Shown in pieces: positions 70,515 to 83,095 of a stretch of DNA of 248,000 nt. Source of the stretch: Andalucia godoyi And28 (lineage: Eukaryota > Protista > Jakobida); assembly GCA_009859145.1 (NCBI GenBank), contig VRVR01000021.1:20001-268000 (forward strand), written 5' to 3'. Positions within the stretch are counted from its first letter, which is position 1. The number at the start of each line of letters is the position of its first letter. The notes beneath the pieces are model-generated. The model did no database searches, had not been told where the DNA came from, and saw only the letters and a list, made by a program, of their open reading frames with translations. The translations under genes were made by a program, and so were the position numbers.

Positions 70515-73067
70515 ATGAAGTCGAAGACCATTTTGTGGATAGGAATATCCGTGTTTACGCTTTGTGTGGCCATTTCGTGCATTGCGATTGGACTGAACAT
70601 CTACATTCGGAACCTCGTTCGCGATGGTCTGATTGACTACGCGCGCATTTCTACGGATACTAATTCCGATTCATACAAGATGTGGGTCAAGAACTATCCG
70701 GACGAGAATGATTGCGTAAAGCACACGTGTCAGTACGTGTACTACAAGTTTTGGAACCTTACGAACGCCGTGGATGTGCAGCTCAATGGGGCGAAGCCAA
70801 GATACGACCTTGTCGGGCCGTACACATACCAAGACGTTGAAGATCGGCTTGTCGTGGAACCCGGATTTGAGAACGATCGAGTTACATTTTTGCCTCGACA
70901 GCGCTACACGTGGATTCCAGAAATGAGCAAGGCTGGTGCCACGACGGACGACATCATCATCAATCTGAATCCGACGTATCTTGGTGCGATGTACCAGTTT
71001 GGAGGAAACGAGAATGCACTGTTCACAACCGCTGCCGGGCCGCTGCTGGATCAGCTTGTGGAGATTTTGGGTCCTGTAATCGGTTTCATTGGGTATGTCT
71101 TTCCTCGTCAGCAGACGTTTTCACCAATGTATGATCCCTCCGTGTTTGCCCCGTTTGGTGGATTCTCCAGTAGCCAGGTGGCCAGCGTTTTGGTTTCCAA
71201 GGATCCCACTGCAGAATGCGACAAGCAATTCCCGATTGCGGTGAATGCCACGAACTGCAAGGTGCAGCTTGCTCCTCTGAGCTTCAATCTTGGGCTTGAC
71301 CTGTCGAACGGAACGCAGCAAGCTGTCGCGGTTGTGACGAAGCTGGTGGATCCCAGTTCTCCAGTTTCCATTGCAAGCAGCGACTTTGGTGGATCTCAGG
71401 TGTTTACACTTTCCTGCTACATTGCTCCACTGTTATCGACAGCAACTTCCCTGTCCAGGAGCCCGGCATCCGCCAATTGGAAAGCTTTGGTATCCTCTCT
71501 CAATGCCGACGTTTCTGGAGTCAAGATTGACCTGCAGGAGGATGATCCTTCCGATCCTCTGGCTGGACTAATAGATGCTTTTGGCACTGCGATTGCAGAG
71601 GAACTTTGCAACTGGGTAGTGGGATTTGATATCGTGAACCAGATCGAACAGTTGGCCGTGAGCATGTTTGCGAATGCTGATCCAGGCGTGAAAAACATAT
71701 CCGACCTGGTCTACCTTGAGTGGGCACAGGGCTCCGTGACGTTTGGCTCCGACCTGTTGGCTCCCCTTACGAACAATACTGCATATTTGTCTTTGGCAAA
71801 TTGGTACAATTCGTTCAACGGAACCCTTCCAGACGCAGCAACCTTGACGGTTGATCAGACTAAAGTCTTGTTTGGCCCCGCCGTCCTGGGATCGACCGAG
71901 AACTATCTGCAGTTTCTCGGTATGTGCCAAGAAGATGAAGGCGCCGTTCCCGCTACGTATGGACTTCCATCTGCATTCTGTGGCCCGTTTCTCGGATACA
72001 TCCAGGACAATTTGAATGATGGTGCGCTTCCTCTTCTTATTGCCTCTCCGTCGCTGCAGTTTTTGACATCGTCACCTGCGCCGTCGTCTAATGGAGACGA
72101 TAGTTCGCAAGCGGTTGGCCAGATTGGCCTGTTTGTCGGTCGAACCGTCGATCAGTGGCTGTTCAACTGCACAGATCCCCTTCTGGGCGCGCCGTGCTTC
72201 ATCCAAGGACAGGACACGAATGGATTTGAGAATGCATACTCTCGCATGAAGACGGGGTATGATACGGAGGACGGCTCCTCTTCTTGGATTTATGAAGAGT
72301 GGAACAATGTCACTTCGCTCACCGGTTTATGGGCCGAGCCGGAACCTGTGTTCGGAACCGATGCAACCCGCTTCCGACCGCTTTTATTGGATGTCTACGA
72401 CGAGAAGACGCGCGTGGACGGGTGGCGATTCCTTCCGATGTTTGTCAGTTCGGTCTATCGCTCTCTCACTATGCAATATGAAAATGATATTGACTTCAAA
72501 GGCATCACACTCTGGAGATATCGTTTGGAAAGCCATGCACTCAGAAGGAATTCTCGGTACTACCAACAGGTGGACGGCATGGGCAACTTGACCATTCCGA
72601 ACTCTGCGCCGATTTTCGTTTCCAAGTTCAACTTTTTCGACGTTGACCCGTGGGTCCGTGAGGCAATCGATGTTGTGCACACTCCGACCGGAAAGATTAT
72701 TCTGGACGAGGATTTGGATGACACCATTTTAGACATTGAACCGTACACGGGAATCTGTCTTTCTGGCTTCCGGCGCTTGCAGTTGAACTTCCAAATTCCA
72801 GAGTACTACACTTTCAATGATGCGAAGGGCATGAAGCGCTCTGCAGTGCGACGCATCTTCTATCCCGTTCTCCAGATTGACGATGGCGGCACTGCGACGG
72901 ATGCAGACACGAACGTGATCAAAGACACGGTGTACACTCCTTTGCTAATCGCCACAATTCTCTTCTGGGGTGGGATTGGAGTCGGCATTTTTGGATTCAT
73001 TGCTGGCTTCTTCATCTGCCTGGCTTCTCGCAGAAAATCAATCAAGGAAACCTACACCAAGATGTAG
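70515..73067 (+). CDS. CD36/SCARB-family lysosomal membrane protein (Lmp-like)
   Basis: N- and C-terminal TM helices; FWNLTN, GPYTY, GTDATRF and LDIEPYTG. Confidence 0.85.
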   Translation: MKSKTILWIGISVFTLCVAISCIAIGLNIYIRNLVRDGLIDYARISTDTNSDSYKMWVKNYPDENDCVKHTCQYVYYKFWNLTNAVDVQLNGAKPRYDLVGPYTYQDVEDRLVVEPGFENDRVTFLPRQRYTWIPEMSKAGATTDDIIINLNPTYLGAMYQFGGNENALFTTAAGPLLDQLVEILGPVIGFIGYVFPRQQTFSPMYDPSVFAPFGGFSSSQVASVLVSKDPTAECDKQFPIAVNATNCKVQLAPLSFNLGLDLSNGTQQAVAVVTKLVDPSSPVSIASSDFGGSQVFTLSCYIAPLLSTATSLSRSPASANWKALVSSLNADVSGVKIDLQEDDPSDPLAGLIDAFGTAIAEELCNWVVGFDIVNQIEQLAVSMFANADPGVKNISDLVYLEWAQGSVTFGSDLLAPLTNNTAYLSLANWYNSFNGTLPDAATLTVDQTKVLFGPAVLGSTENYLQFLGMCQEDEGAVPATYGLPSAFCGPFLGYIQDNLNDGALPLLIASPSLQFLTSSPAPSSNGDDSSQAVGQIGLFVGRTVDQWLFNCTDPLLGAPCFIQGQDTNGFENAYSRMKTGYDTEDGSSSWIYEEWNNVTSLTGLWAEPEPVFGTDATRFRPLLLDVYDEKTRVDGWRFLPMFVSSVYRSLTMQYENDIDFKGITLWRYRLESHALRRNSRYYQQVDGMGNLTIPNSAPIFVSKFNFFDVDPWVREAIDVVHTPTGKIILDEDLDDTILDIEPYTGICLSGFRRLQLNFQIPEYYTFNDAKGMKRSAVRRIFYPVLQIDDGGTATDADTNVIKDTVYTPLLIATILFWGGIGVGIFGFIAGFFICLASRRKSIKETYTKM

Positions 73068-73224
73068 TCGTTTTCGTTTCGCGGCCTGTTGTTCTTTGCT
73101 CGTTGCTGTTGCTAGATCGTTATTCCCTCCACTCCCTTTTTCCGCACCATTTCGGGCATTCCCAGCAGTTGTAATGAAACAAACATAAATAAAATGGCTC
73201 AATTGATCGAAAATATCAGATGAT

Positions 73225-74080
73225 GCTGGTCATCAACGGGTTTGTTGGGAAGTTCCCTCTTTGGAGCCATGAGATGTGTTTTGTCTCTGACGAGGAGGTG
73301 CTGCTTGAGAGTTCGATTATTGAAAACACAAACAAGCAGAAAATAGTAGAAAGAAAGACAAAAGACAGTGACAAATGAAGAAAATACTAGACTTGACTAC
73401 GGTAGGAAGGCAGCATTGTTTGATGTTTAACGCCTACATTGTGCACTAATCCACGGATAATCATCGCTGATCACCCATAATCAATGCTGCAACCCAACAA
73501 CATGCACAGCATGATTGGGAAGGGGGTAGGACCCAACACGCCCCCTCGGCATGAGAGACGTTCCTAAGACAGATGTAGATGTTGCGCGCGCCGTTCCAGT
73601 CGCGGTCGATCGTGCATATGCACGATGGGCAACAAAACACACCTTATTTCCATACTAGCTTGCGATGGATTTCCCCGCAGCGGTCGCACGCTTTAGACGC
73701 ATACTCCTCCGTCACAAGTCACAATCGACACCTGCCGCGCCGTTGTCGCCTTGGCGATCTTTCCGGCGGCGGCCCAGCGCCGGATGGTGGCGGTGGAGAT
73801 TGTCACAGGTCCTGCGCAGCGTTGCGGGCGTGACGGACATGGTGCGTTGCATGGACAATAACAACAACACAAAAAAAAAAAAAAAATAAGAAATGAGCGT
73901 CGCTGTGCGAGAATGCAACGCGACGGCGTATGTATAGGGATTCCATGATCAAAATGGGAGGCGAAACGAATCGGGCATTGTGTGGCAGAGTTGCTTAAAG
74001 ATAACAGACGCATGCGCATGGCGCGTGGCAGTGGTTTTGTTTACGTGCGCTGTAGATTGCTTCATCATATCGCAACAAAG
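73225..74080 (+). repeat. Composite repeat: family D 3' part joined to family B (with insert)
   Basis: gttgggaagttccctctttggagccatgag...ctagacttgactacggta followed by acgcctacattgtgcactaatccacgg... Confidence 0.8.
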
Positions 74081-74350
74081 TGGCAACGGTAATCCTCAAA
74101 GCTGTCAGCCGTTCTCGCGACTCTGACAAAAAGTCAAGCACTCAAAATAGTGTTTCGCGTTGTCCGCAAGCCTCGACTTTTGGGCTTTTAACTTTACCCT
74201 TTCGATCCTTTCCGTTTCGTACGATCTAAAGCGCTTTTCATTTTATTCAGTTGATTTCCTTTTTATCTATTTTTTAATATTGGTTTTTAAAATTTTTTTA
74301 GAATTTTTGTTTATTTTATTTAAATTAAATTAAGTGATTAAATAAGGAGT

Positions 74351-77029
74351 TTGGTGCTCGTTGTTTTTTGTTATTTTTTATTTGGGTTTTTTTGTTTTTG
74401 TTGGAGTGGCTTTGGTTTTGGTTTTGGTTTTGGTTTTGGGAGGAGGATGAAGGCGCGGACGCTACTTTGGATTGGGATTGCGGTGTTTTCTCTGACTGTG
74501 ATAATTGCGTGCATATCGATAGGTCTTAACTTTTACATCCGAAACCTTCTTCGAGACGGACTTGTGGACTTGGCACAGATATCCTCGGACCAGAATTCGA
74601 GATCGTACAAGCAGTGGAAAAAGAACTATCCGGACAATGAAAATTGTCAGCAGCACTCGTGTTACTATACAACGTACCGGTTCTGGAACTTGACGAATGC
74701 AGTTGATGTGCAGCTGAATGGGGCGAAGCCAAAGTATGATCTGGTTGGGCCGTATGTGTACTGGGATCAGCGCGACAGACGGCCTGCAGATACTGGATTC
74801 CTGAATAACAGACTTTCGTTTGAAGAGAAGCACAGGTTTACGTTTGTGGCGGAAAAGAGCGCTGCGGGTGCGACGATCCAGGACAGGATCATCAACGTCA
74901 ATCCAGTGTATATGGGTGCCATTCTTGCGGCAGGAGGCGACGAGAATGCGCTGTTCACGTACGCAGGAGGACAGATCATGCAGCAAGTTGTCCAGCTTCT
75001 AGGACCCGCTTTTGGGTATCTGGGATATGTCATTCCGCGACAGCAGACGTTTGCTGCGGCGTACGACCCATCCGTGTTTGCACCTTTGGGAGGGTTTGCA
75101 TCTCCCCAGATCGCCTCTGTGCTGGTGTCCACGGATGCCGCTGCGGAGTGCGACAAGCAGTTTCCGGTGCCGGCTAATGCAACCCACTGCAAAACGTACG
75201 TTGCGTCGCTGAGCTTTGGCCTTGGAATTGACACATCCACTCAACAGGGCTTGCAGACGGCGATTAAAACAGTGTCCATGCTTGTGAATCCAATGTCGCC
75301 CATTTCCATTGCGAATCAGAACTTTGACGGTTCAAAGGCGTTCTCTGTTTCCTGCTATCTTATTCCGATGCTGTCTGGCTCTCTGGGAGCCCATCAGATG
75401 GATACAAGCGGTCTGGATTGGAAGTCGCTGCTGACCTCGTTGAAGATCAAGATTGATTTGAACTCTGCAGAGTTTGGATACGGAGCACGCAGTGTCGGAG
75501 GCATTGCAGACATGGATGTTTTGGCACAGTTGTTTGGCGCGGAGTTGTCCAAAAAGCTGTGTGCATGGGCCGTCCACGATGATGCAACAGAACACTTGGA
75601 CGAATTGACTGTGCAGCTGTTTAGCAACGTCGATCCGGGCGTCCAGAGCGTTTCGGACTTGATTTATCTCGAATGGGCGCGAGGATTGGTGACCTTTGGG
75701 AACGATGTTTTGCCGCTGCTGACCAATGGAACCGCGTATCTGTCATTCTACAACTGGGTAACGGCTGTGAATGGGACTGTCCCGGACGATGCCACGCTGA
75801 CCGTTGCGCAAACCAAGATTCTGTTTTCGCCGGCAATCATGTTCACGACAGCCAACTACCTGCGCTATCTTGGAATGTGCCAGGTGAACCCGGCCGCTGC
75901 TGAGCAATTCTTCCATCTTCCGGCAGGATTCTGCGGCCCGTTCTTGGCGTACGTACAAGTTAATTTGAACCATGGAGCGATCCCGTATCTGTTGGCATCC
76001 CCTGCACTGAGTTTGCTGACTGGTGCTGTCGGAGCTGGTCCTAGAACTGTTCGGGACGACCCTGGGCAACCTGCTTCGTCTATCGGAATGTTTGTTGCAC
76101 GTACCGTGGACCAGTGGCTTTGGAACTGCACGGACCCGCTCTTGAAGGTGCCGTGCAATCTACAAGATGGAGATCCAGATGGCTACGTTGCTTCGTATTC
76201 TCGCATGCTCACAGGCAATGATCAAGACGATGCGTCGAGTGCATGGATGTTTGATTCTTGGGCTAACTCGACTTTCATCACCGGAGCGTGGGAAGAACCT
76301 GAAATTGTACACGGAACGGACGCTTCCCGCTTCCGCCCGCTGCTGCTGGACGTTTATGACGAGAAGACCAAGCCGTCAAACTGGCGTGAATTGCCAATCT
76401 TCGTTCCCGAGATTTATCGATCTCTTCACGTGGATTTTGAAGACGATATCGACTACAAGGGTCTGACTCTGTGGCGGTACCGTCTTGAAATGGCTGCGCT
76501 CGCAACCAGCAGCCGTTACTATCAAGGTGTTCGTGGTATTGGCAATCTTACCCGCATTCGTGCTGCCCCGATATTCGTGTCAAAGTTTAACTTTTTCGAT
76601 GCCGAGGACTGGGTGCGAGATGCAATCGAAGTGCTTCATACGCCAACGGGTCGAATCATTCTTGAAGAGGATTTGGATGACACTGTTCTTGACATCGAGC
76701 CGTATTCTGGCTTGGTTCTCCGCGGTTACAAGCGTCTGCAAATCAACGTTCAGATTCCTCCGAATTACATCATCAACGACGCGAAGAACATGCACCGTTC
76801 TGCCGTTCAGCGTGTCTTTTATCCCATTCTTCAGGTCGAGAATGGCGGTGCTGCAACAGACGACGATATTGCCTACATCCAAAGGAACATCTACACCCCG
76901 TTGCTCATTGCAACAATCCTGTTTTGGGGGGGAATCTCGGTAGGAATTGCAGGAACTCTCGCAGCGCTTGCAATCTGCGTTTTTTCGAGAAGAAAAGCCA
77001 AGAAGGAAGCTTACGCCCAACTCTCCTAA
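74351..77029 (+). CDS. CD36/SCARB-family protein, tandem paralogue; start probably MKART near 74446
   Basis: Collinear with the 70515 protein over its full length. Confidence 0.85.
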   Translation: MVLVVFCYFLFGFFCFCWSGFGFGFGFGFGRRMKARTLLWIGIAVFSLTVIIACISIGLNFYIRNLLRDGLVDLAQISSDQNSRSYKQWKKNYPDNENCQQHSCYYTTYRFWNLTNAVDVQLNGAKPKYDLVGPYVYWDQRDRRPADTGFLNNRLSFEEKHRFTFVAEKSAAGATIQDRIINVNPVYMGAILAAGGDENALFTYAGGQIMQQVVQLLGPAFGYLGYVIPRQQTFAAAYDPSVFAPLGGFASPQIASVLVSTDAAAECDKQFPVPANATHCKTYVASLSFGLGIDTSTQQGLQTAIKTVSMLVNPMSPISIANQNFDGSKAFSVSCYLIPMLSGSLGAHQMDTSGLDWKSLLTSLKIKIDLNSAEFGYGARSVGGIADMDVLAQLFGAELSKKLCAWAVHDDATEHLDELTVQLFSNVDPGVQSVSDLIYLEWARGLVTFGNDVLPLLTNGTAYLSFYNWVTAVNGTVPDDATLTVAQTKILFSPAIMFTTANYLRYLGMCQVNPAAAEQFFHLPAGFCGPFLAYVQVNLNHGAIPYLLASPALSLLTGAVGAGPRTVRDDPGQPASSIGMFVARTVDQWLWNCTDPLLKVPCNLQDGDPDGYVASYSRMLTGNDQDDASSAWMFDSWANSTFITGAWEEPEIVHGTDASRFRPLLLDVYDEKTKPSNWRELPIFVPEIYRSLHVDFEDDIDYKGLTLWRYRLEMAALATSSRYYQGVRGIGNLTRIRAAPIFVSKFNFFDAEDWVRDAIEVLHTPTGRIILEEDLDDTVLDIEPYSGLVLRGYKRLQINVQIPPNYIINDAKNMHRSAVQRVFYPILQVENGGAATDDDIAYIQRNIYTPLLIATILFWGGISVGIAGTLAALAICVFSRRKAKKEAYAQLS

Positions 77030-77491
77030 AGTTCTCCGGTTGGCGGTCTTTATATCTGCCTTTGCTCTTTTTTTTTTTCTCACTCTCCCCCTTTTACTCC
77101 TTCCTTCCTTGTTGCGGAGAACGGTTTGTGCTGTATGATGTGTCCTTCTATGTGGTTCTTGTTTTTACTGTCATCGTCGCCGTCGTTTTCTTTTGTTTTT
77201 TGGCTGTTTTTTTGCTGTTTTTTTTATTATGTAGCACCTTCCCTTTTCGTTTCTTTATCGCAAAAGACATTCCTCTATGCTGAATGACGTATTTATCTTT
77301 TCTATTTGGGATCGAAATTGGGAGAGGGGGGGTTGCAGCACACTCCATGCTGTTTTTGATTTTCTTCTGCATTACGTGTATTACTATTGTATGATTTTGG
77401 GGAGGGTTTTTATTTTATTTTACATCTTGTAAACCTCTGGTAGTGTAGTGTCTCTCTATTATTTTGCTGTCTGCGGTTTGCTTCCGGTGCT

Positions 77492-79223
77492 TTACTCGTC
77501 GTCTCGGAGTGAGAGCTTCTGCTCCATTTGTACAAGTTGTCGGTGCGAAAGAACGAGTGTTTCCGCAAGCTTCTGCTCCAGCACGGTGATTTGTCGATCT
77601 CGATCCGCCACCGTGTGTTGCAGATCCGCAAGAATGCCTTCGAGCCGTTCTCGGTACTTGAGCACGGAGACCGTGACCTTGTCCATTTCCTGGGATCGCT
77701 TCGCCAGCGACTCTTCCCATTCCACAAGCCTCGTTTCTTCTGTGATGCTGCGTCTGTCGCCTGCCATTTTCTGTCCCTGCTCGGTTTTCACGCCGCGAGC
77801 CTCTGCTGCTGCTTCTCTCGATGCAAACGACTCTATCGCATCAGAATCGGCACGCGCAACATGATCTGCAAGAAACCGCTGGTCCATCGAGCACACCGAC
77901 TCCAGTGCCGCAAGTCTCTTTCGCAGTACATCATTTTCATACCGCAGCATCTCGGCTTGACGCCCTGGCTTTCCACCCGTGCCTGTTCTTGACGACCCCG
78001 ACGATAGCATCGATACACTTAACGGACCCGAGGCTGCCATTCTCGCAGGCGTCGTCGGTCTCGTCGCCTTCTTTTCCTTTTGCGTTTCCTTTTCTTTCTG
78101 CTTATGTCGCTGCGGACTCGTGGCTTTTTGGGTTCTTGCAGAACCGTCAGCGATCTTTTCCTGCTGCCTGATCTTCTCCTGTTCTTGTTTGAGCTCCCGA
78201 GCAGCCACAACCGCTGCAAGCGCATCGTGCTTTCGCTTCCATGACTCGCCTACCCGAATCGCCTCGTCCAGCTTGACGGAATCCACGTCGATTCTGCCCG
78301 TTTCTGTTTGCAGTCCTATTTCCTCCGTCACCTTTTCATTTTCTTCTCTTTCCAATTTCGCTTCTTGCGTCATCGGTCGTGGCTGCTGTTGCGGTGGCTG
78401 ACTCGCGGCCACTGAGGCTGTGTGCCAGAACCCCGCCCACTCTGGCTCTTCATTAAAGTCCCAAATGACAAGAATACTGTCCATCGCCGCCAACTGTGTG
78501 GCATCCATCTGCAACACTCGAGTGACCTCTGTCGTGATCTTGCCAATCCGCAGTCCATTCCACCCCAAGTCCACAATGACCATCGTCTGTCCTACTGATG
78601 CTGATGGAGTTGATCTTTCGCCACAGTAGCGCAGGAGTCGAATGAGCAGCTGCGCAATCGCGGTCTCGCAATCTCGCCCCAATCCACAGTTTCGCAGACC
78701 TATTCGATGCATCGACCCGACCGCAAGAGACGTCACGAGCGTTGCAAGCACATTGCGGGGCAACACAACATTCGACAAGTCAATTCCTGTCACCAACGCT
78801 CCTCGTCGCTGCTCTTCTTCGCTTGTCATTGTATCTTCTGGTTTTCCGCTTTGATCATGAGGATTGAAGGAGCTGCCAATCGTTTCGAGAAACATGCAAA
78901 TCGCACGCTCGTCCCAGCCTCCGTCTGCCCGCTGCTCGCTCAAATCCAGCATCAGTCCCTGCTTCTCACTCTTTCTCGCTGCATCGCTCTCGTCTCTTCG
79001 CTGCGCTGCACGGCTCTTCGCCCCGATGGACCACACTGGATGGACAAGCGCGCGTGAACCGGAAATGCGATTCCTGGAGATATCCAGCACTTCCAGCTCG
79101 TAAATCGGTGCAAGCACTCCACTCTGCTCCTTGATGTGGCTCAGGTGCGGCTGCTGCCGCTGCTGCTGGAACTGGAGTCTGGTCGGCAGCAAGTGAGATG
79201 GACCTGACGACGATGACGCTGAC

Positions 79224-79256
<33 letters not shown>

Positions 79257-79960
79257 AAACTGGGCGATGAGAGCGGACGCGAGAGCGCATCGAGAAGGAT
79301 GCAGAGGTTTGCATCGTCGAGGTTCGTGTGTGCAAGACACAGCTCCTTTGGACTTCCTGACGCTGCGGACCCTACTGAACTCGCAGACGATAAATACACT
79401 CCAAGCAACGCGCAGTGATCGTCCGTAAGTTGCTGGTGGCTTAGATCCAAACGCCGCAATGGAGCGCGCAACCCACTTGTAAACAAGTACGAAGACATTG
79501 CACTTCGCCCCACCACTCCCATTGCCACCACTCCCATTGCCACCACTCCTGCCGGCTGCGACTCTAGCAGCTCTGGAGCCGAACTCGCCGACGTCGAATC
79601 CGCTGTTGATGCAGTTGGATTCAGAATCGCAGTCCGAGGTGCAGGCGCCATGTGGAGTGAATCGGCCCACTGAACATGTCTCTTTGGCAGTACACTCACC
79701 ATCGCGGTCGATGTTGCGGTCGACGTTGCGGTCGAAGAGATTGAGATTGGGCGATTGGAGTGGGAATGTTCTGCGAGTTCTTCGCCGGCAGCAACCCGAG
79801 GCGATGGCTGTGCGGTCATGTAAGACGGAAACGAGTGTGAATGATACGGCGATGATGGCAACTGTTGCTGCTGCTGCTGCTGATGATGATGGGTAGGAGA
79901 CGGATAGGGAAACAAAGCCTTGTGCTTTTGCGCTAATCTCTGCGCTAAAGGGTTACTCAT
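77492..79960 (-). CDS. LRR plus coiled-coil protein
   Basis: LRRLDLSHQQL, LEVLDISRNRI repeats; C-terminal coiled coil. Confidence 0.6.
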
Positions 79961-79977
79961 TCTTCAATTCCAAGAGG

Positions 79978-80058
<81 letters not shown>
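79978..80058. repeat. Compound (CT)n(GT)n microsatellite
   Basis: Seen directly. Confidence 0.9.
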
Positions 80059-80059
<1 letters not shown>

Positions 80060-80391
80060 TTGTGCACCTGTCGTTTTTTCTTCGATCCTCATATGCACAT
80101 AAAGTGACTGTTACGTTCCGTCATCGGAGAAAAAACCAGAACGAATAGGAAAAAAAGACCCGACCGATGGATGCCCTTGCCCTGCCGTGATGCTATAATC
80201 AAGTCTCAAGCCTCAACCGCACGACTCCAAACCAAACGTTCGTTTCGGTCCGTTTTTCAGGGTTTTTTCACAGAAATAAAAATCTGCATTCTTTTGTAGT
80301 TAATATTTTCAATTCCAAATCGTCTCTTTGCTCAGTTGGTTTGGAGTTTGGGGGTTTGATTGTTTGTTAAAAATCATCAAGGAGCAAACGG

Positions 80392-81615
80392 ATGACTACA
80401 CGATTACTATCAACAGGCCATCAATCCTCGATGGCGGCGGCGTCGTCGTCTGCGGCTCTCCTGGCGGACGTTCCAGCGCGGTTCCTTGCGTCGTGTACAG
80501 TGGACTGGCGTGCTCTGGAGGCTGCGTTTCTATCTTGTCTCAACTCAGGGTCTAGCGTGACTTCTTCTTCGAGCCTGTCGCATAGCTTTTCAGCCGGTGG
80601 AGCGGCGGTCACCACCTCAACAACAGCCAAAACAGCATTATCGTCATCCTCGACAACGTCAGCTGCGGCCACGACGACGGCTGCCGCAATTGTGTCCAGT
80701 GTGCTGGCAACGACACAGCGGCTGCTGGGACAAGGGCATGCCGAGGAAGCGCAGTACGGCGCTCAGACAGCACTTCGATATGCAGAGCGTGTGCATGGCG
80801 CGTCGTCCGCGGTTGTCGTCGAGGCGCAGCTGCTCGTCGCCAAGGCTGCGTATGCCGTTCAGCAATTCAGTCAGTGCGAGCAGTTTCTTGCCATGGCCCG
80901 ATGGGGCGCAAGTCGACAGCCATCAACTCCGCTTGCGATTCGAGCCGAGTTGCACCTCTATGAGGGCCTGCTCTACGCCTCCACGCGTCGTCTGGAGGAT
81001 GCCGTCAAGGCATTGTCGACGCATGTGTACTATGTCTGCTTGGACCACACGCCGCTGTCCTACTTTTCTCGCGATGTTACGGCAACAGCATCACCACCAG
81101 CGGCTGCAGACCAGGGCGCGTTTTGTCTTGCTGCGACCACCGGATATCTCCAGCTCGGAAATGTATTTGCTGCGCTCGGACGCATGGACGCAGCTCTTGC
81201 GTGCTTTGATGCAGTCGTTGCTTCTTGGTCCGCATTCCTGCTGTCCGTCGCCCCCGAGCTTGTGAGCAATCCGTTGCATCAACGACCAGGAGGCGCCGGA
81301 AACGAAAATGAACGATATGACGATGAGCTGGAAAAGGAGAGTGAGAAAGAGGAAAAGAGGCTGCCGGCGGACGTGACGAGCGAGGATGGAGTAAGGGCGT
81401 TGGCGAGAGTGCTGGATGTGCGCATATCGAGATTCGGAAGAGAAGATCAGAGAGTCGCAGAGGCACACGAGGTTCTTGGAAATCTGCTTTTGTGGACTGG
81501 TGACGCAGAAAAGGCGCGTGAGCATCTTGTATCGGCCTATGAAATCACAAGACTCGCACTCGGAGACGACCATCCACACTCGACAGCTCTCATGCAGCGC
81601 ATCCTGCAGCTCTGA
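80392..81615 (+). CDS. TPR protein, ZMYND12-like
   Basis: TPR helices; AVKALSTHVYY..L and TGYLQLGNVF resemble ZMYND12. Confidence 0.55.
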   Translation: MTTRLLSTGHQSSMAAASSSAALLADVPARFLASCTVDWRALEAAFLSCLNSGSSVTSSSSLSHSFSAGGAAVTTSTTAKTALSSSSTTSAAATTTAAAIVSSVLATTQRLLGQGHAEEAQYGAQTALRYAERVHGASSAVVVEAQLLVAKAAYAVQQFSQCEQFLAMARWGASRQPSTPLAIRAELHLYEGLLYASTRRLEDAVKALSTHVYYVCLDHTPLSYFSRDVTATASPPAAADQGAFCLAATTGYLQLGNVFAALGRMDAALACFDAVVASWSAFLLSVAPELVSNPLHQRPGGAGNENERYDDELEKESEKEEKRLPADVTSEDGVRALARVLDVRISRFGREDQRVAEAHEVLGNLLLWTGDAEKAREHLVSAYEITRLALGDDHPHSTALMQRILQL

Positions 81616-81811
81616 AAGAGAAGGCAACATAGTAGACATGCATGTACATACATTCTTCAATACATTTTCTCTCTCTCTCTCTCTTTGCTTCTTTCTCTCT
81701 TTCGTTTCGTTTCGTTTCGTTTCAATTCGTTTTCTTCATTTTCTTTATATCATCATCGAAAACAACAACGGCAGCGAGTATCGCAACAGCATCGTCGGCG
81801 AGACAGGGGAC

Positions 81812-82768
81812 TTACTGGTGGAAGGTGTGGACAGTGATGTGGCCGAGGTTCCATCCGACATAGATGGTCTCGCCGTCTGCAGAGAACGAGACTGCAGTCG
81901 GGAACGGCTTGACGGCCTTGCGACCCACGGGGCCAAAGTCGTGGCTGAGGCGTCCAACGACCTTGCGCGACTGGAGATCCCAGATGAAGACACCGTCCGC
82001 GGTGGCGGCAGCGAGCCAGTAGCGGTTCGGGGAGAAGGAGAGCGCATGGATGGGCTCGTTTGCCTCGAGGAACGTGAGGTAGCGGCACTCGGTGAGGTCC
82101 CAGAGAATTGCCTTTCCGTCGCGTCCGCCAGATGCGCAGAGCGAACCGTCCGGCGAGACGGCAACTGTGGACACGTATCCAGTGTGTCCAACAAGGTTGG
82201 CGTGGAGACGGCAGTTGTTCAGGTTCCAGACCTTGACCAGGCGATCGCAGCCTGCCGACACAATAAGCGGTGCCGAGGCTGACGGCGAGAAACGAACGCA
82301 GGAAACCCAGTCCGAGTGTCCATCGTCAGAGATGGTGTACTTGCACTCACCGAGGGTGTTCCACAGCTTGATGGTGCGGTCGCGAGAGCACGACACAATC
82401 TGGCGGTTGTCGGCCGAGAAGGCAACAGACAAGACATCCTTGGAGTGACCAACAAAGCGACGCTGCGACTTGCCGGTCTTGAGGTCCCACAGACGGAGAG
82501 TCGAGTCCCAGGACCCAGAAAGTGCATACTGGCCGTCGTGAGAAAGAACTACATCTTGCACAAAGTGCGCATGGCCACGGAGAGCCTTCTCCGGTGCTCC
82601 AACAAGCTGCTGCTCGGTGTCCACGGCATCAAGGTTCCACTTGATCAGCGACTTGTCACGAGAAGACGAAACAACAACGTTGTTCGCGGCAGAAACGGCA
82701 ATTGCAGTAACCCAGTTCGAGTGGCCCTTCAGGAGACCCTTGGTGTCAAAATAGAATGTATCAGACAT
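81812..82768 (-). CDS. RACK1: RACK1 (40S-associated WD40 protein)
   Basis: [41 protein letters not shown] and [11 protein letters not shown]. Confidence 0.97.
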   Translation of the reverse strand: MSDTFYFDTKGLLKGHSNWVTAIAVSAANNVVVSSSRDKSLIKWNLDAVDTEQQLVGAPEKALRGHAHFVQDVVLSHDGQYALSGSWDSTLRLWDLKTGKSQRRFVGHSKDVLSVAFSADNRQIVSCSRDRTIKLWNTLGECKYTISDDGHSDWVSCVRFSPSASAPLIVSAGCDRLVKVWNLNNCRLHANLVGHTGYVSTVAVSPDGSLCASGGRDGKAILWDLTECRYLTFLEANEPIHALSFSPNRYWLAAATADGVFIWDLQSRKVVGRLSHDFGPVGRKAVKPFPTAVSFSADGETIYVGWNLGHITVHTFHQ

Positions 82769-83095
82769 ATTTTTTGTTCGTTCAATAACGGCGGTACAAG
82801 ATATGCAATCTCTAGGCTCGGATCGAAACTGAAGAAATGAAACAGAGAGAAAGAGACACAGCGAAGGAACAGAAGAAATGAAATAAACACTAAATGAAAT
82901 GTCACAGCATCGGAACACGAAAAGAAAACAGAGCTAGGGTTGCACGTAGGGTTTTCTTTTTTGAGTCCCGTAACAAATCCGCTCATTAGGAGAGAGAAAA
83001 GAGAGACCACTTCGACGGCATATCGGAGGGTTTGATACTTTTTCAGTACAGCAGTTGGCGGATGCGACTCTCGTCCGCTCAGCTGCCCGGTACTA

